From positions 358-64,357 of the forward strand of contig SXOO01000062.1 in NCBI GenBank assembly GCA_005776725.1: 64,000 nt of DNA, read 5' to 3'. Of the stretch, positions 11,001 through 19,257 are shown in pieces (position 1 is the first letter of the stretch; each line of letters begins with the position of its first letter). Below the pieces are notes generated by a model that ran no database searches, was not told the origin of the DNA, and worked only from the letters and a program-made list of their open reading frames with translations. The translations under genes were made by a program, and so were the position numbers. This DNA is from Pseudomonadota bacterium (GTDB taxonomy: Bacteria > Myxococcota_A > UBA9042 > GCA-2863065).

Positions 11001-14000
11001 GAGCTGCGCCAGCATGTAGTCGGTGATCGTGGCCGTTCGGTCTTCCTCTGCGCGCGTCCGCGCGTCGAGGAGCAGGGCCTCGAGATCGTCCCACCGCTCC
11101 AGGATCCCGTAGAGCCGGCGAAGGTTCTGGAACGCCGTCGGCTCCTCCGGGACGCTGAGGCGCACCCGCTCGTAGAACAGCGTGGCGCCAGCCTCGTCGC
11201 CGAGCTCCACCTCGGACACCTCGGCCGCGCGGAAGAGCACCGCCACCCGCTCCACCGCGTCCACTCCGCGCACGCCGAGCACATCCGCCTTGCGGGCGAG
11301 CGCCTTGACCAGCGGCTCGTACGTGGCCTCGGTCTCGTAGACCCCGATGAGCCGATCGAGGGCCTCAGACACGGCCTCCTCGGTGACGGGATCCCCGCTG
11401 CGAACCACGCGCTCGTACGCGTCGGCGGCCGGGCCACCGTCGCCGAGCTCCTCGTAGAGCTGCCCCGCGAGCAACAAGAGGCGCCGGCGGCTCACCTCGC
11501 CGTCAGCGCGCTCCGCACGCCGCTCCACGATCGCCACCCGGTCGCGCAGGCGACCGGTGTCTGCGTAGAGCGCATCCAGCTGCTCGAGGGCACCGACGTG
11601 GTCGGGCTCGACCAGCAACACCCGCTCGAGGGCGTCCAGGGCACGATCGGAGTCGCGCAGCTCACGCCGCGCCACGTCGGCGAGCATGAGCAGCTGGCGC
11701 ACAGAGGCGTTCGAGGTGGCGTAAGGCGACACCTCGGCCAGCACGTCAGCGAGGTCGGCATGGCGGCCAAGCGCGTTCGCCGCGCGCTGGAGGCCACTCT
11801 CGGCCTCTCGTTCGTCGGGGTAGTGCCGCAGCGCGTCAGCATACGACTCGAACGCGCCGACCCAGTCGCCACCCTGGTGCTCGAAGCGGTCGCCGGCCTG
11901 CCGGAAGTACCCGGCGCGATCTCGGTCGCTGTCAGCGAGATCAGCCCGCACGGTGAGCATGCGCACCTCGCCCCGCCAATCTCCGGCGGCGCGGTACCAC
12001 GGCTGGAGCACGTCGGCGACGCGGCGCGCCAGCTCCGGCTGCTCCTCGACGGCCACGAGTCGGTCGAGCGCCTCTGCCGCTGCCTGAGCGGCGGCGCCTC
12101 GTTCGTCGCCGATCGCTGCGATCCACGCGTCGACCGCCAGCTCGTTCTGGCCGAGGTAATCTGCGAGCACTCGGCCGATCCGAACATACACGGACACCCG
12201 GTCGTCGCTTGTCGGGAGGCGCCGCCGGAGCAGCGCCACCAGATCGTCCCAGCGCTCGAAGCGCTGGAAGAGCCCCTCCAGCCGGTCCATCGCCTCGGCG
12301 TCGCGCTCGTCGAGCAGGAGCAGCGACTGATAGACCTCGATGGCGTCCTCGGCGCGCTCGAGCTCGTCCTCGAGCAGGTTCGCTGTGGCCGTATAGACGG
12401 CGCGTTTGTCCTCCACCTCCCAAACGAGGTCCGCCTTCCGGCGGTACACCGCGAGGAGGCTCTCCCAGTCCTGCCGTTGCGCGTGCAGGCGCTCGAGCGC
12501 GCCCAGGGTCTCGAGATCCTCGGGGTCTAGCGCGAGCACCCGCTCATAGCAGTGGGTGGCGCGCTCGAGGTCGCCGAGCTGCGCCTCGGTGAGCTCCGCC
12601 AGCCGGCGCGTGAGCACAGCCTCCGCGCCCGCGTCGTCGTCCAGGCGTGCCACCCGATCGACCGCTGCGAGCCGGTCACGGCCCGAAGGTCCGTCGTCCA
12701 GACCCAGTACGGCGCTGTACAAGGCGGCGACCTCGGCCCACCGGCCGAGCTGACCGGCCAGGGCTTCGAGCTGCGCGCGCGGCTTCGGCTCGCCGGGCGA
12801 GAGCGCGACCTGCTGAAGCCGGTGCATGAAGGCCACGGCGGGATCGACCGCGAGACCAGCCAGCTCGTCGTGCAGGCTCTCGAGCGTACCCACGTCGGCC
12901 TCGCGGCCGAGGCGATCGTTGAGGACGAGCGCGAGCCGCGCCGCATCCCCCTGCCGGCGCAGGACCGGCTCGATGAGCGACGTGACGCCCTCTCGGGCAC
13001 GGTCGGCCTCGAAGAGCTCCCAGAGCTGCAAGACAGCGGCGTCGTTGTCCGGGTGGTCGCTGAGCGAGCGCTCGAGGCGATCCAACGCCGCGTCGAGATC
13101 ACCGCTGCGGTCAGCCAGGATCCGCGCGGCCCGGGCGTCCAAGGCGGCGCGCTTCGCGCGGTCGCCCGTGAGCGCACGCTCGGCGTCCACGAGCCCCACG
13201 AGGTCGGCCCACCGCGACTCGGCCTCGTAGACGCGCTGTAGGCCATCGACCGCCTCGTCGTCACCGGGGATCCTAGCGAGGATGCGCTGATACGCCTCTG
13301 CCGCCAGCTCGGGCTGCTCGAGGATCTCCTCGTGGAGCCGACCGAGGCGAATGAGCGCCAGGCGAAGGCGATCCACGTCGCCCTCGGTCTCGAGCACGTC
13401 GATCCGCCGGCGGAGCACCCGCTCGTACGCCGGCCAATCCTGCTCGGAGTACGTGAGCTCCTCGAGCTCACCGATCGTGGCCACCGCGTTCTCGTCGAGG
13501 TCTAGGATGGCCTCCAGCGCGCGAGCGGCGTCGCGTGGGCGGCGGAGCCGGTGGAGCCAGATCTCCGCGGAGCGGCGCAGCAGCTCGATCCGCGCCCCGC
13601 TGGCGGCCGTGCCGGATCCGGCGCCTACCCGACCCTCGACCTCGCCGTACCAGGCTGCGAGCGTCTCGAAGTCGTCGCATGCCTCGGCCCAGCGCTCGAG
13701 CCCCGAGGTCAGGGGTCCGATGCCGATACGAGCGGCCGACCGGTCCAGCTCCACCTCGGCGGCCTGCCTCGCCCACTTGAACGCCTCGTCCTCGCGACGC
13801 CGCGCTCCCAAGGCGCGCGCGCCGCGCATCAGCGCCGACTCGGCCTCCTCCGTGGCGCCGGCCAGGTCCGCCACGCGCCGAAGGACCGGTAGGAGGCGAT
13901 CGACCTCCCCGGCGGCCTCGGAGCGCTCAGCGAGCCGCGTCGCGATGTCCAGGCGGGCGGGGTACAAGACGAAGAGGCGGCTCAGCCGCTCCGTGGCGCC

Positions 14001-16421
14001 TGCCGCATCGGCCAGCGGGCCGTCCACGACCGAGACACACTCGAGCTGCACCTCCAGTCGCAGCTGTGCATCGGTCTCTCGGCCGGCCTGCTCGTCGAGG
14101 AACGCCACGTAGCCCCGGTAGTCGCCTTGGGCCGCGTAAAATGCCTTGAGCTCTTCCCACGCCTTCTCGGCCACCAGGATCCGCTGCAGGCCGATCCGGG
14201 CCGGCGCGTGCCCCGGGACCGCTTCGAGCACCTCGCGCCACGCATCCTTGGCCTCGGCGCCGCGCTGGAGACGCTCCCAGAGCACCTCGGCCTGCTTCTC
14301 GAGGAGCTCAGCGCGACGCCGCTTGGTCTTGGAGTGTTCGAGTCGCGTGCCGAGGTGGGCGCACAGCTTCTCCCAGTAGCCCTCTGACTCGAACAGCGTG
14401 AGCAGGGCCTGCGCCGCGCGCTCGTTCTTCGGGTTGAGCTCGAGGAGCGCCTCCCAGTGCCGGATGGCCTCGTCGTTCCAGTGCAGCTTGTCCGTGGCCA
14501 GGGCGGCCAACTCGGCCAGGATCGGCTCGCGACGCGCCGGCTCGGTGAGGCCGAGCTCGGACGTGTAGGCGGCGTAGAGGCGCTCGAGGTTGTGCTTGGC
14601 CTTGTAGATGTCTCGGAGCTTCTGCACCACCTCGAGGTTCTGCGGGTCGATCTCGAGGATCCGCTCGAGGAAGGGCACCGCCTGGCTGTCGGAGCTCATC
14701 TTCGACAGATAGAGGTTGGCGACCTGGTGGAAGAGGTCGAGGAGCGTGTCCTCGTCGGTGGTGGCGGCGATCTTCTTCTGGAGGACCTGGACCAGCTCGG
14801 ACCAGCGGGCCGCGTCCTCGTACCGCTGGGCCAGAGTGTCGAGCGCCTTGGTGTTGGTGGGGGAGAGCTGGACGATGCGTCCGTAGGTCTGGACGACCAG
14901 CTCGTCCACCGGGAGCTTCTGAGGATCCTGATAGATATCGATGATCTGGAAGAGGTACTGGACCTTTTGCTCGGTCTCCTCGACCCCGTCGCCGAGGCGC
15001 CGGATCTGTCCGTTCAGGATCTCGACGAGCGCGTGCCACTTGCCCATCGCCCGGTAGAGCTCGGTGAGGCGTGCGGTGGCCACCTCGTTCGTGGCGTCCT
15101 CGGTGAGGACCCGCTTGAAAGCCTCCACGGCCATGTCGGGGCTCTCGAGGTGCGACTCGGCGAGGCGCGCCATCTCCAGTGCCACGGCCACCCGGTCCTC
15201 GCGGGGCACGATCGCCAGCTTCTGCGCGAGCACGGCGTGGAGTCGGCGGAAGTCGGCCTTCTCGGCGAAGTAGGCCTCGAAGAAGCCGATCGCCGTCATG
15301 TCGCGCGGGTCGGTGGCGCGCACGCGTCGGAACAGCTTCTCGGCCTCGTCGAGGTCGCCAGCGAGGCGCCAGGTGATCTCGCCCTCGCGGATGAGCCATC
15401 GCTTCTCGTCGTTGCGGCTCTTGGTGGACCGCCGCGCCGCCTGCAACAGCGCGCGAGCCCCCGCGGTGTCGCCGGCCGCGCTCATGGACCCCTCGAGCGC
15501 GTCGATCGCTTCGGGATCCGCTGGATCGGCCACGAGCGCCTCGCGCAGAAGCTCTGCTGCGAAGGCCTCCTCAGTGTGAATCAGCGCCAGCCCGCAGAGG
15601 CGGGCCGCAGCCACACGGGAGCTCCGCGCTGCCGCGAGGTGGGACTGCGCCACTGCGCGGTCTGGCGCCACCTGCAGAAGCTCCGCCGCGAGCTCCGGCG
15701 CCCCCGGATCTTCGTGGAATGCCTCGCGAAGGTGCGCGACGTCTTGGCTCTCGCCATAGAGCGCGAGGAGCGCCCGGGCGCGCTCGGCCCCGGGGGTGGC
15801 CGCGTCGGCCGCCGCGCGGAGGTCCATCGCCGAGAGCTCGGCTTGACGCTCGAGCTCTGTGACCGCGTCGAGGCCCGCCCGCACCACCGGATCCTCGCTG
15901 CCCGCCGCCAGCGCGCGCTCGAACGCGGCCCGCGCCTTCGCAGGCTCGTTGGCCTGGAGCGCCAGGGCGCCCCGGCGACCCTCGAGGGCAGCGCGACGCT
16001 CGGGCGACGCCGCCAGCGGCGCTGCCAGTTCGAGGTACCCGCGCTCTCGGGCCGCGTCCGGCTCGGCGCGCTCGGCCAACGCGGAGAGCGTGTCATCCGA
16101 GGGGCACGCCCGGAAGGCCTCGGCCAGCACCCTCGCTGCCTCTTCCGCGTCGCCCACGTGGAACAGGAGGCGGGCGCGACGCTCGAGCAGGCTCCCCCGC
16201 ACGGCGTCCGCCGCGAGGCGCTCCAGCACGGAGTCGAGCACGGAGAGCAGCCGAGCCCGAACGCTCTGCACCTCGTCGTGATCGAACACCGCCTCAGGAA
16301 CGCTCGCGGCCTGCTCGAGCAGCTGGTGGAGCGCCGAGGGTTCCGGCAGCCCGGCCTCGACGGCCGACTCCAGGAGTTCGAGCGGTTCCAACGTGGAGGA
16401 GCGAGCGGTGGATGCGGTCAT
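5001..16421 (-). CDS. Giant tetratricopeptide (TPR) repeat protein, 3806 aa
   Basis: A single uninterrupted 11.4-kb ORF. The sequence is almost entirely helical-repeat units with a recurring pattern such as ...A..AYERVL.LDP.D.EAL.ALE.LY...ERW.DL..LL.RR... (ERWDDLVALLRRRL, QDWESLLAVYRRKADL, ARWSELVQVLQKKI, GKWHALVEILNGQI and others). All listed plus-strand ORFs inside it are R/G/P-rich antisense shadows. Confidence 0.85.
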   Translation of the reverse strand: MTASTARSSTLEPLELLESAVEAGLPEPSALHQLLEQAASVPEAVFDHDEVQSVRARLLSVLDSVLERLAADAVRGSLLERRARLLFHVGDAEEAARVLAEAFRACPSDDTLSALAERAEPDAARERGYLELAAPLAASPERRAALEGRRGALALQANEPAKARAAFERALAAGSEDPVVRAGLDAVTELERQAELSAMDLRAAADAATPGAERARALLALYGESQDVAHLREAFHEDPGAPELAAELLQVAPDRAVAQSHLAAARSSRVAAARLCGLALIHTEEAFAAELLREALVADPADPEAIDALEGSMSAAGDTAGARALLQAARRSTKSRNDEKRWLIREGEITWRLAGDLDEAEKLFRRVRATDPRDMTAIGFFEAYFAEKADFRRLHAVLAQKLAIVPREDRVAVALEMARLAESHLESPDMAVEAFKRVLTEDATNEVATARLTELYRAMGKWHALVEILNGQIRRLGDGVEETEQKVQYLFQIIDIYQDPQKLPVDELVVQTYGRIVQLSPTNTKALDTLAQRYEDAARWSELVQVLQKKIAATTDEDTLLDLFHQVANLYLSKMSSDSQAVPFLERILEIDPQNLEVVQKLRDIYKAKHNLERLYAAYTSELGLTEPARREPILAELAALATDKLHWNDEAIRHWEALLELNPKNERAAQALLTLFESEGYWEKLCAHLGTRLEHSKTKRRRAELLEKQAEVLWERLQRGAEAKDAWREVLEAVPGHAPARIGLQRILVAEKAWEELKAFYAAQGDYRGYVAFLDEQAGRETDAQLRLEVQLECVSVVDGPLADAAGATERLSRLFVLYPARLDIATRLAERSEAAGEVDRLLPVLRRVADLAGATEEAESALMRGARALGARRREDEAFKWARQAAEVELDRSAARIGIGPLTSGLERWAEACDDFETLAAWYGEVEGRVGAGSGTAASGARIELLRRSAEIWLHRLRRPRDAARALEAILDLDENAVATIGELEELTYSEQDWPAYERVLRRRIDVLETEGDVDRLRLALIRLGRLHEEILEQPELAAEAYQRILARIPGDDEAVDGLQRVYEAESRWADLVGLVDAERALTGDRAKRAALDARAARILADRSGDLDAALDRLERSLSDHPDNDAAVLQLWELFEADRAREGVTSLIEPVLRRQGDAARLALVLNDRLGREADVGTLESLHDELAGLAVDPAVAFMHRLQQVALSPGEPKPRAQLEALAGQLGRWAEVAALYSAVLGLDDGPSGRDRLAAVDRVARLDDDAGAEAVLTRRLAELTEAQLGDLERATHCYERVLALDPEDLETLGALERLHAQRQDWESLLAVYRRKADLVWEVEDKRAVYTATANLLEDELERAEDAIEVYQSLLLLDERDAEAMDRLEGLFQRFERWDDLVALLRRRLPTSDDRVSVYVRIGRVLADYLGQNELAVDAWIAAIGDERGAAAQAAAEALDRLVAVEEQPELARRVADVLQPWYRAAGDWRGEVRMLTVRADLADSDRDRAGYFRQAGDRFEHQGGDWVGAFESYADALRHYPDEREAESGLQRAANALGRHADLADVLAEVSPYATSNASVRQLLMLADVARRELRDSDRALDALERVLLVEPDHVGALEQLDALYADTGRLRDRVAIVERRAERADGEVSRRRLLLLAGQLYEELGDGGPAADAYERVVRSGDPVTEEAVSEALDRLIGVYETEATYEPLVKALARKADVLGVRGVDAVERVAVLFRAAEVSEVELGDEAGATLFYERVRLSVPEEPTAFQNLRRLYGILERWDDLEALLLDARTRAEEDRTATITDYMLAQLYENQLARPSDALDRYEAILSRDPSFAAARRALEAALDSIESGPRAAELLDRAYVGAGDVLGQVKILELRLARWPDDDAVGGRLRLARLLEEGLGDPGRAFAVLGEAAGIEWRATGTLRTELVRLAGLTGAFDDLEILDREALARARGDEARLKILLEMGRVAREDRNDLDVAEGILRETLSSFPDHRETLEAMRSLYEATGRTREVIDTLRHEVERTAAASDRIALLYRIATLLFEREHDAAGAADTYEEILRNDPAEARAYRALESLRFADNDFPAVAALLRREIAVTRDAEHRLGLRQRLAVLCREQLGDPEQAFAATVALLGEAPTDPVGRSVLEQLSAEDPTDEVVFERLGKLYRDARDFETLIGLHRQRVEAMPGELLKGLDAIRTLQLTELQDRAAAYETEKAMLRKAPTEPRRWEQAEDSAGRLGLLVDLIGVYGQIVKDDPSNVDLALRAARLAEERLKRPSDAVVFYESVSAFDESHDGAAQALRRLYEQLERWRELADLEERLAVRASGRERERAWLAVAALRERLDDAEGAARALESLVTVEPGHRQALARLEALARQRGVSEDVESVLHRLLAVSHDDEAREVRYRLALLRLEGGDPAGALDFLREVLAGLTTGHSLRGKAIASTEEVLKEDHAPALRGLAADLLERAYAGDSKVSWHRWEAVYLAQLGVCEDHEHRMLLQQELGQLYEERAGEPQRALTAFAAAYALEPGNTAIEQTLEGVAGRHGLEAALYGVYSEHVESMPSEARVRVLARLAALAEGALSDADAAARWREQRLELVPGDVSALAALEQHYQSRGDHAAVLRVLTARLDVAETEADRIALLHRLGDLSASLNDVAAAERRWTEIRELAPGDRRALDRLEASTRARGAHSELAAVLRQKIDLAQEDDEDRLDWLTDLARLQERELGQLEDAARTYEESLVFSPQNILALTSLERLYPQISDHRGHLRILEAKRGQFADPRAKAEADLQIARLLIDELDEPDRALDLLRLILGQFPTHEGAVGVLESLLEDPRVALMASFALEPVYLTAERWKPLERAMELQLEIRARDGMDGAERIELLRRLAEIRNNELDDPDGALRALGEAFALDPSDEALRENLEEVAGGAGRWTVLVDSVRDALGAVSSPELAMALHAWIARLSEAHLDDPSGAIDAWRAVLAYDELEPTALSELGRLLEATGRFEERVDVLRREIAIAPHSESRHLRRRLAEITDTEVQNPEAAFQLYVELVAEDAEDEECVMALDLLGQAHDWLRDSAARMLLPHYRSKGQWNDVVRWLLAGVDDAPDRVERLEAAAAVAEQHLGDADAAWGYLKLAVLAAPERIELLQRLTAISGLSEGTISRAEELLALTVQAAGKATALETRRELLLRAAQLAGSTLGKRDVAERCYREVLVVDSENTEALQALLALYAAEDRPADLVGVAEALFALVVDREERLELARTMARAGGRVGDADRVEDGWRRVLELDDGDEEALQALEAHYRAAESYTALAEILERRARRVEDPDVLARLKVELGRIRGELLADPDGAIEAYEEAIEADGWCEPALLALELLYTEHAMPEDLARILGTRLQALNGAARIPVLARLATIAEEDLGDLELAVSRFEEMLVLDAGEVGALDALIRVSEAQGRFDRLALLLEQRAAVSRDVAHRIGLLVRAAQLWENPLSDLARSREVAESAHALDPNNRVTLGLLAQLFERTGELDKAIEAYEGLVRRSDDPEERIATQLTLGRLHLFGKDNTTKALAIYKDILGARPDHAEATARLKEVLYRRESWEALVPVLEREVQRASDARAQADAIFELATVLSDRVKDLDAAWRWLRRGVEVKRDHPGLVAAMIDQLERRGDTAELLPLLSWHVSYLEAKRRFQELAPQALRLARLHEARRDADKAYSAYQVASTADSRNVVVQLGLGRTAFETGRLDKALQTLQALLLVQHELEDSAARLELFVLLAKVCVEAGDKAKAKRHVARLLQLDPAHAEGLALQKKLG

Positions 16422-16571
16422 CGAGCCTCGGGAGCGGCGCTATTTCACGTCTGGGGGGCGGGTCGCGCGAGCTTACGCTCAATGACGGAGACCGGCCAGA
16501 CTACCACCTCGTCGCTTCGCAGCGATGCCGCCAAGCGCCCCTCGCGGCGGCCGTGTCGCCCACTCACACGA

Positions 16572-17450
16572 TCAGTGCACCCACTTGTCGGGCGGGCGGA
16601 CCACCCGGAGATGCGACGGCTTGTTCTTCGGCTCGCCCGCGAACGCTCGGCGCAGCTTGCCAGGACGCCACATCCCCGAGGTCATCAGGTAGGCCGTGAG
16701 CATCCCGCCGAGGTGCGCCAGGGCTTGTGAGGCCCCGGGCGCGAGGTCTCCATAACGCGCACTGGGGATGAGGTCTATTGCGCTCAGCAAGACCAGTCCG
16801 ATGACGAGGTAGCTCGCCTTGAGCGGGAGCACCATGCTGGCCATGATCGTGGTGTTCGGCTGGTAGACCGCGAACGCAACGATGAGGCCCTGCGAGGCGC
16901 CGGAGAAGCCAGCCACGGCCACCTCCGGCCAGCTGTCCACGAGCGCGTCGCCCGCCACCACCGCGACCCCGCCGCCGGCCACGCATGAGAGCAGGAAGAC
17001 GAGGAAGCGCCTGGCTCCCCAGCTTCGCTCGAACTGCGGGCCGAACCAGACCAGCGCGAACGCGTTGAAGAGGAGGTGAAAGCCGGCGCCATGCCCGAGG
17101 TGCTGGATCAACGTGGCGATGACGAACGCCGCCACGAACAGCAGCCCCCGCTCGTTCTGGCCCCACGGAGAGCGCCAGGCCACGACGAGCCCGCCGAGGA
17201 ACAGCGCCGCCAGGACGGCGTCCAAGAGCGGGTTGGTGCCCACGAGGTGGAGCGCGCCGTAGCTCAAGACCCGCCAGACCTCCCCGGCCAGGACCCGAGT
17301 GGTGACGAGTGTGCCGTACACCTCGAGCTCCGGGCGGCGCAGCACTGCCATGACGAGCTGCACGAGGTACACCGCGACGAGCGCGAAGAGCACGCGACGG
17401 ACCGTGTGCGGGAGGGCGGTCAGGCCGAGGAAGCGTAGTAGGGCATTCAC
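16572..17450 (-). CDS. Rhomboid-family intramembrane serine protease
   Basis: The C-terminal 293 codons of track ORF 16572..18062. It is multi-TM, with HLLFNAFALVWFG, the catalytic GFSGA (GxSG) motif and AHLGGMLTAYL (catalytic His). I place the start at the GTG at 17450 (VNALLRFLGL...), because the longer N-terminal extension is antisense to the Omp85 gene. Confidence 0.8.
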   Translation of the reverse strand: MNALLRFLGLTALPHTVRRVLFALVAVYLVQLVMAVLRRPELEVYGTLVTTRVLAGEVWRVLSYGALHLVGTNPLLDAVLAALFLGGLVVAWRSPWGQNERGLLFVAAFVIATLIQHLGHGAGFHLLFNAFALVWFGPQFERSWGARRFLVFLLSCVAGGGVAVVAGDALVDSWPEVAVAGFSGASQGLIVAFAVYQPNTTIMASMVLPLKASYLVIGLVLLSAIDLIPSARYGDLAPGASQALAHLGGMLTAYLMTSGMWRPGKLRRAFAGEPKNKPSHLRVVRPPDKWVH

Positions 17451-17505
17451 GGGGGCGCATGATAGGGGGTGTCCGCCGGGGGTCAAAAGGGCGTACGCTG
17501 CCCGG

Positions 17506-19236
17506 GTGTCGCGACTCGGCGCCCCCCTGCTCCTGTGCCTCTCTGTCGGGCTCGCCCCCCCCTGCCGCGCCGATCGCCTGGCCGAGCTGGGCGTGTTCGA
17601 GCGCGAGTCCGTGGAGGCCGCGCTCACGGAGCTGGGCCTCGAGGTCGACAATGCCCCCGACGGCAAGCGGCTCGGCCTCGTGCGCGTGAAGAACTTCGAG
17701 GTCTTCGGGGAGAAGGACTCCTCGTTCCTGCGGTGGTTCAACCTCTTCCATCGCACCACCACGGAGGAGACCATCGCCCGCGAGGTGCTCCTGCGTCCGG
17801 GAGACCGCTGGGACCAGGAGCGGGTCGACGAGACGGTCAGAAACCTCCAGAGCCCGGTGTATTCCAACGTCATCGTGGCCGTCCCCACCCGGTCGGCGGA
17901 GCGCGACACGGTCGACCTCCTGATCGTCACGCGGGACGTATGGAGCCTCCGCTTCAACTCGAACATCCAGTTCCAGGGGGACTCCATCACCCTCTTGTCC
18001 TTCTCCCTCGCCGAGAACAACTTCCTCGGCTGGCGGAAGCAGATGAACGTCTTCTTCAACATGGATCAGGGCGCGTTCGAGGTGGGCCCGGCGTACGTGG
18101 ACCCGAACATCCTCGGCACCCACCTCACCCTCGACAGCCGCGCGAGCGTCATCTTCGGGCGCGACACCCTGGAAGCCGAGGGGACGCGGAGCGCCACCAC
18201 GCTCGAGTACCCGCTCTGGTCGCTGGACCAGACGCTCGGCGGGAGCGTCAACGTCACGCACTACGACTCGCTGGTCCGCAGCTACCAGGGCTCGGGGGTA
18301 CGCACCTACGACGCCCCCGGCACGCTCGGCGACGACGCCATCCCGTGGGCCTACCGCTACACCTACGTCGAGGGCTCGGCGAAGGCCAAGGCCGCGTTCG
18401 GGCGCGGACTGAAGCACCTCGTGAGCGCCGGCTACGAGGCGTACTGGCTGGAAGCCTCGCTGCCGGACGACTTCGCGTACACCGGCGTGGCGCGGAGGCA
18501 GTTCGAGTACGTCGCGCTCCCGCGGGGCGAGCTGTCCTCGGCGCTCACCGCCAGCTACGAGCTCTACACGCCGAAGTACGCCACCTACCGCGACTTCGCC
18601 ACCTACGATCTCCGCGAGGACTACCTCGTGGGCCCCTACTTCGGGTACTTCGTCACCCAGGGCCTCCGCGCTCTGGGCAGCGACGACACCTACACACGCG
18701 TCGCGACCACGCTCCAGGTCGCGGACTCGGTGGGTGGCGCCTACCTCAAGGCCTCGGCCAGCTGGTCCGCGCGGCTCGAGGTGGGCTCCTTGCGGGACCA
18801 TCGAAGCACGCTCTCGTTCTACGGGGCCACGCCTTCGCTCTTCTCCGCCCTCCGCGTCGTCGTACGCTCGGACCTCAGCGCGTGGCTCTCAGGAGAGAAC
18901 GTCGGGACCTACGCCCTGGGCGGCGACTCCGGCCTTCGCGGCCACTCCGTGGGGGCGCTGAACGGCTCGCGCCGGTTCCGGACCAACGTGGAGCTCCGCT
19001 CGATCCCTTGGCGGGTCTGGGCGCTGCGTGTGGGCGGCGTGGTGTTCTGGGACTTCGGCGACGCCGTGAACGACCTCAGCGACCTCGCGCCGGTGCACGA
19101 CGTCGGGCTGGGCCTCCGCATCCTCATCCCTCAATTCAACACGTACGTCTTCCGGCTGGACTGGGCCTTCGCCACCGAAGGGGTCGAAGCCGGCTGGCCA
19201 GGACGCCTGAGCTTCGGCTTCCTTCAGGCGTTCTGA
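17506..19236 (+). CDS. Omp85/BamA-family outer-membrane beta-barrel protein with POTRA-like N-terminus
   Basis: In-frame GTG at 17506 gives VSRLGAPLLLCLSVGLAPPCRA (signal peptide). POTRA-like segment: LGLVRVKNFEVFGE...REVLLRPGDRWDQERVDETVRNL. The rest has long alternating beta-strand-like sequence. C-terminal RLDWAFATEG...GRLSFGFLQAF ends in an aromatic Phe, as is typical of OM barrels. Divergent from the rhomboid gene, with a 55-bp spacer. Confidence 0.75.
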   Translation: MSRLGAPLLLCLSVGLAPPCRADRLAELGVFERESVEAALTELGLEVDNAPDGKRLGLVRVKNFEVFGEKDSSFLRWFNLFHRTTTEETIAREVLLRPGDRWDQERVDETVRNLQSPVYSNVIVAVPTRSAERDTVDLLIVTRDVWSLRFNSNIQFQGDSITLLSFSLAENNFLGWRKQMNVFFNMDQGAFEVGPAYVDPNILGTHLTLDSRASVIFGRDTLEAEGTRSATTLEYPLWSLDQTLGGSVNVTHYDSLVRSYQGSGVRTYDAPGTLGDDAIPWAYRYTYVEGSAKAKAAFGRGLKHLVSAGYEAYWLEASLPDDFAYTGVARRQFEYVALPRGELSSALTASYELYTPKYATYRDFATYDLREDYLVGPYFGYFVTQGLRALGSDDTYTRVATTLQVADSVGGAYLKASASWSARLEVGSLRDHRSTLSFYGATPSLFSALRVVVRSDLSAWLSGENVGTYALGGDSGLRGHSVGALNGSRRFRTNVELRSIPWRVWALRVGGVVFWDFGDAVNDLSDLAPVHDVGLGLRILIPQFNTYVFRLDWAFATEGVEAGWPGRLSFGFLQAF

Positions 19237-19257
19237 CGCACACCGGCAGTTCGTTGT

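Noticed and set aside
5037-16730. Many plus-strand ORFs inside the giant TPR gene (e.g. 6300..7907, 9066..10739, 10989..12530, 14457..16730) and out-of-frame minus ORFs
   Set aside because: They are shadow ORFs typical of high-GC DNA. The translations are R/G/P/A-rich without domains, and all are nested in one continuous 3806-codon frame with coherent TPR periodicity.
16564-18801. 745-aa minus-strand ORF, and the 496-aa form of 16572..18062
   Set aside because: The 745-aa ORF is out of frame with the rhomboid gene and antisense to the Omp85 gene. The N-terminal 200 codons of the 496-aa ORF are antisense to Omp85 and lack membrane-protein character. The rhomboid core starts near 17450.
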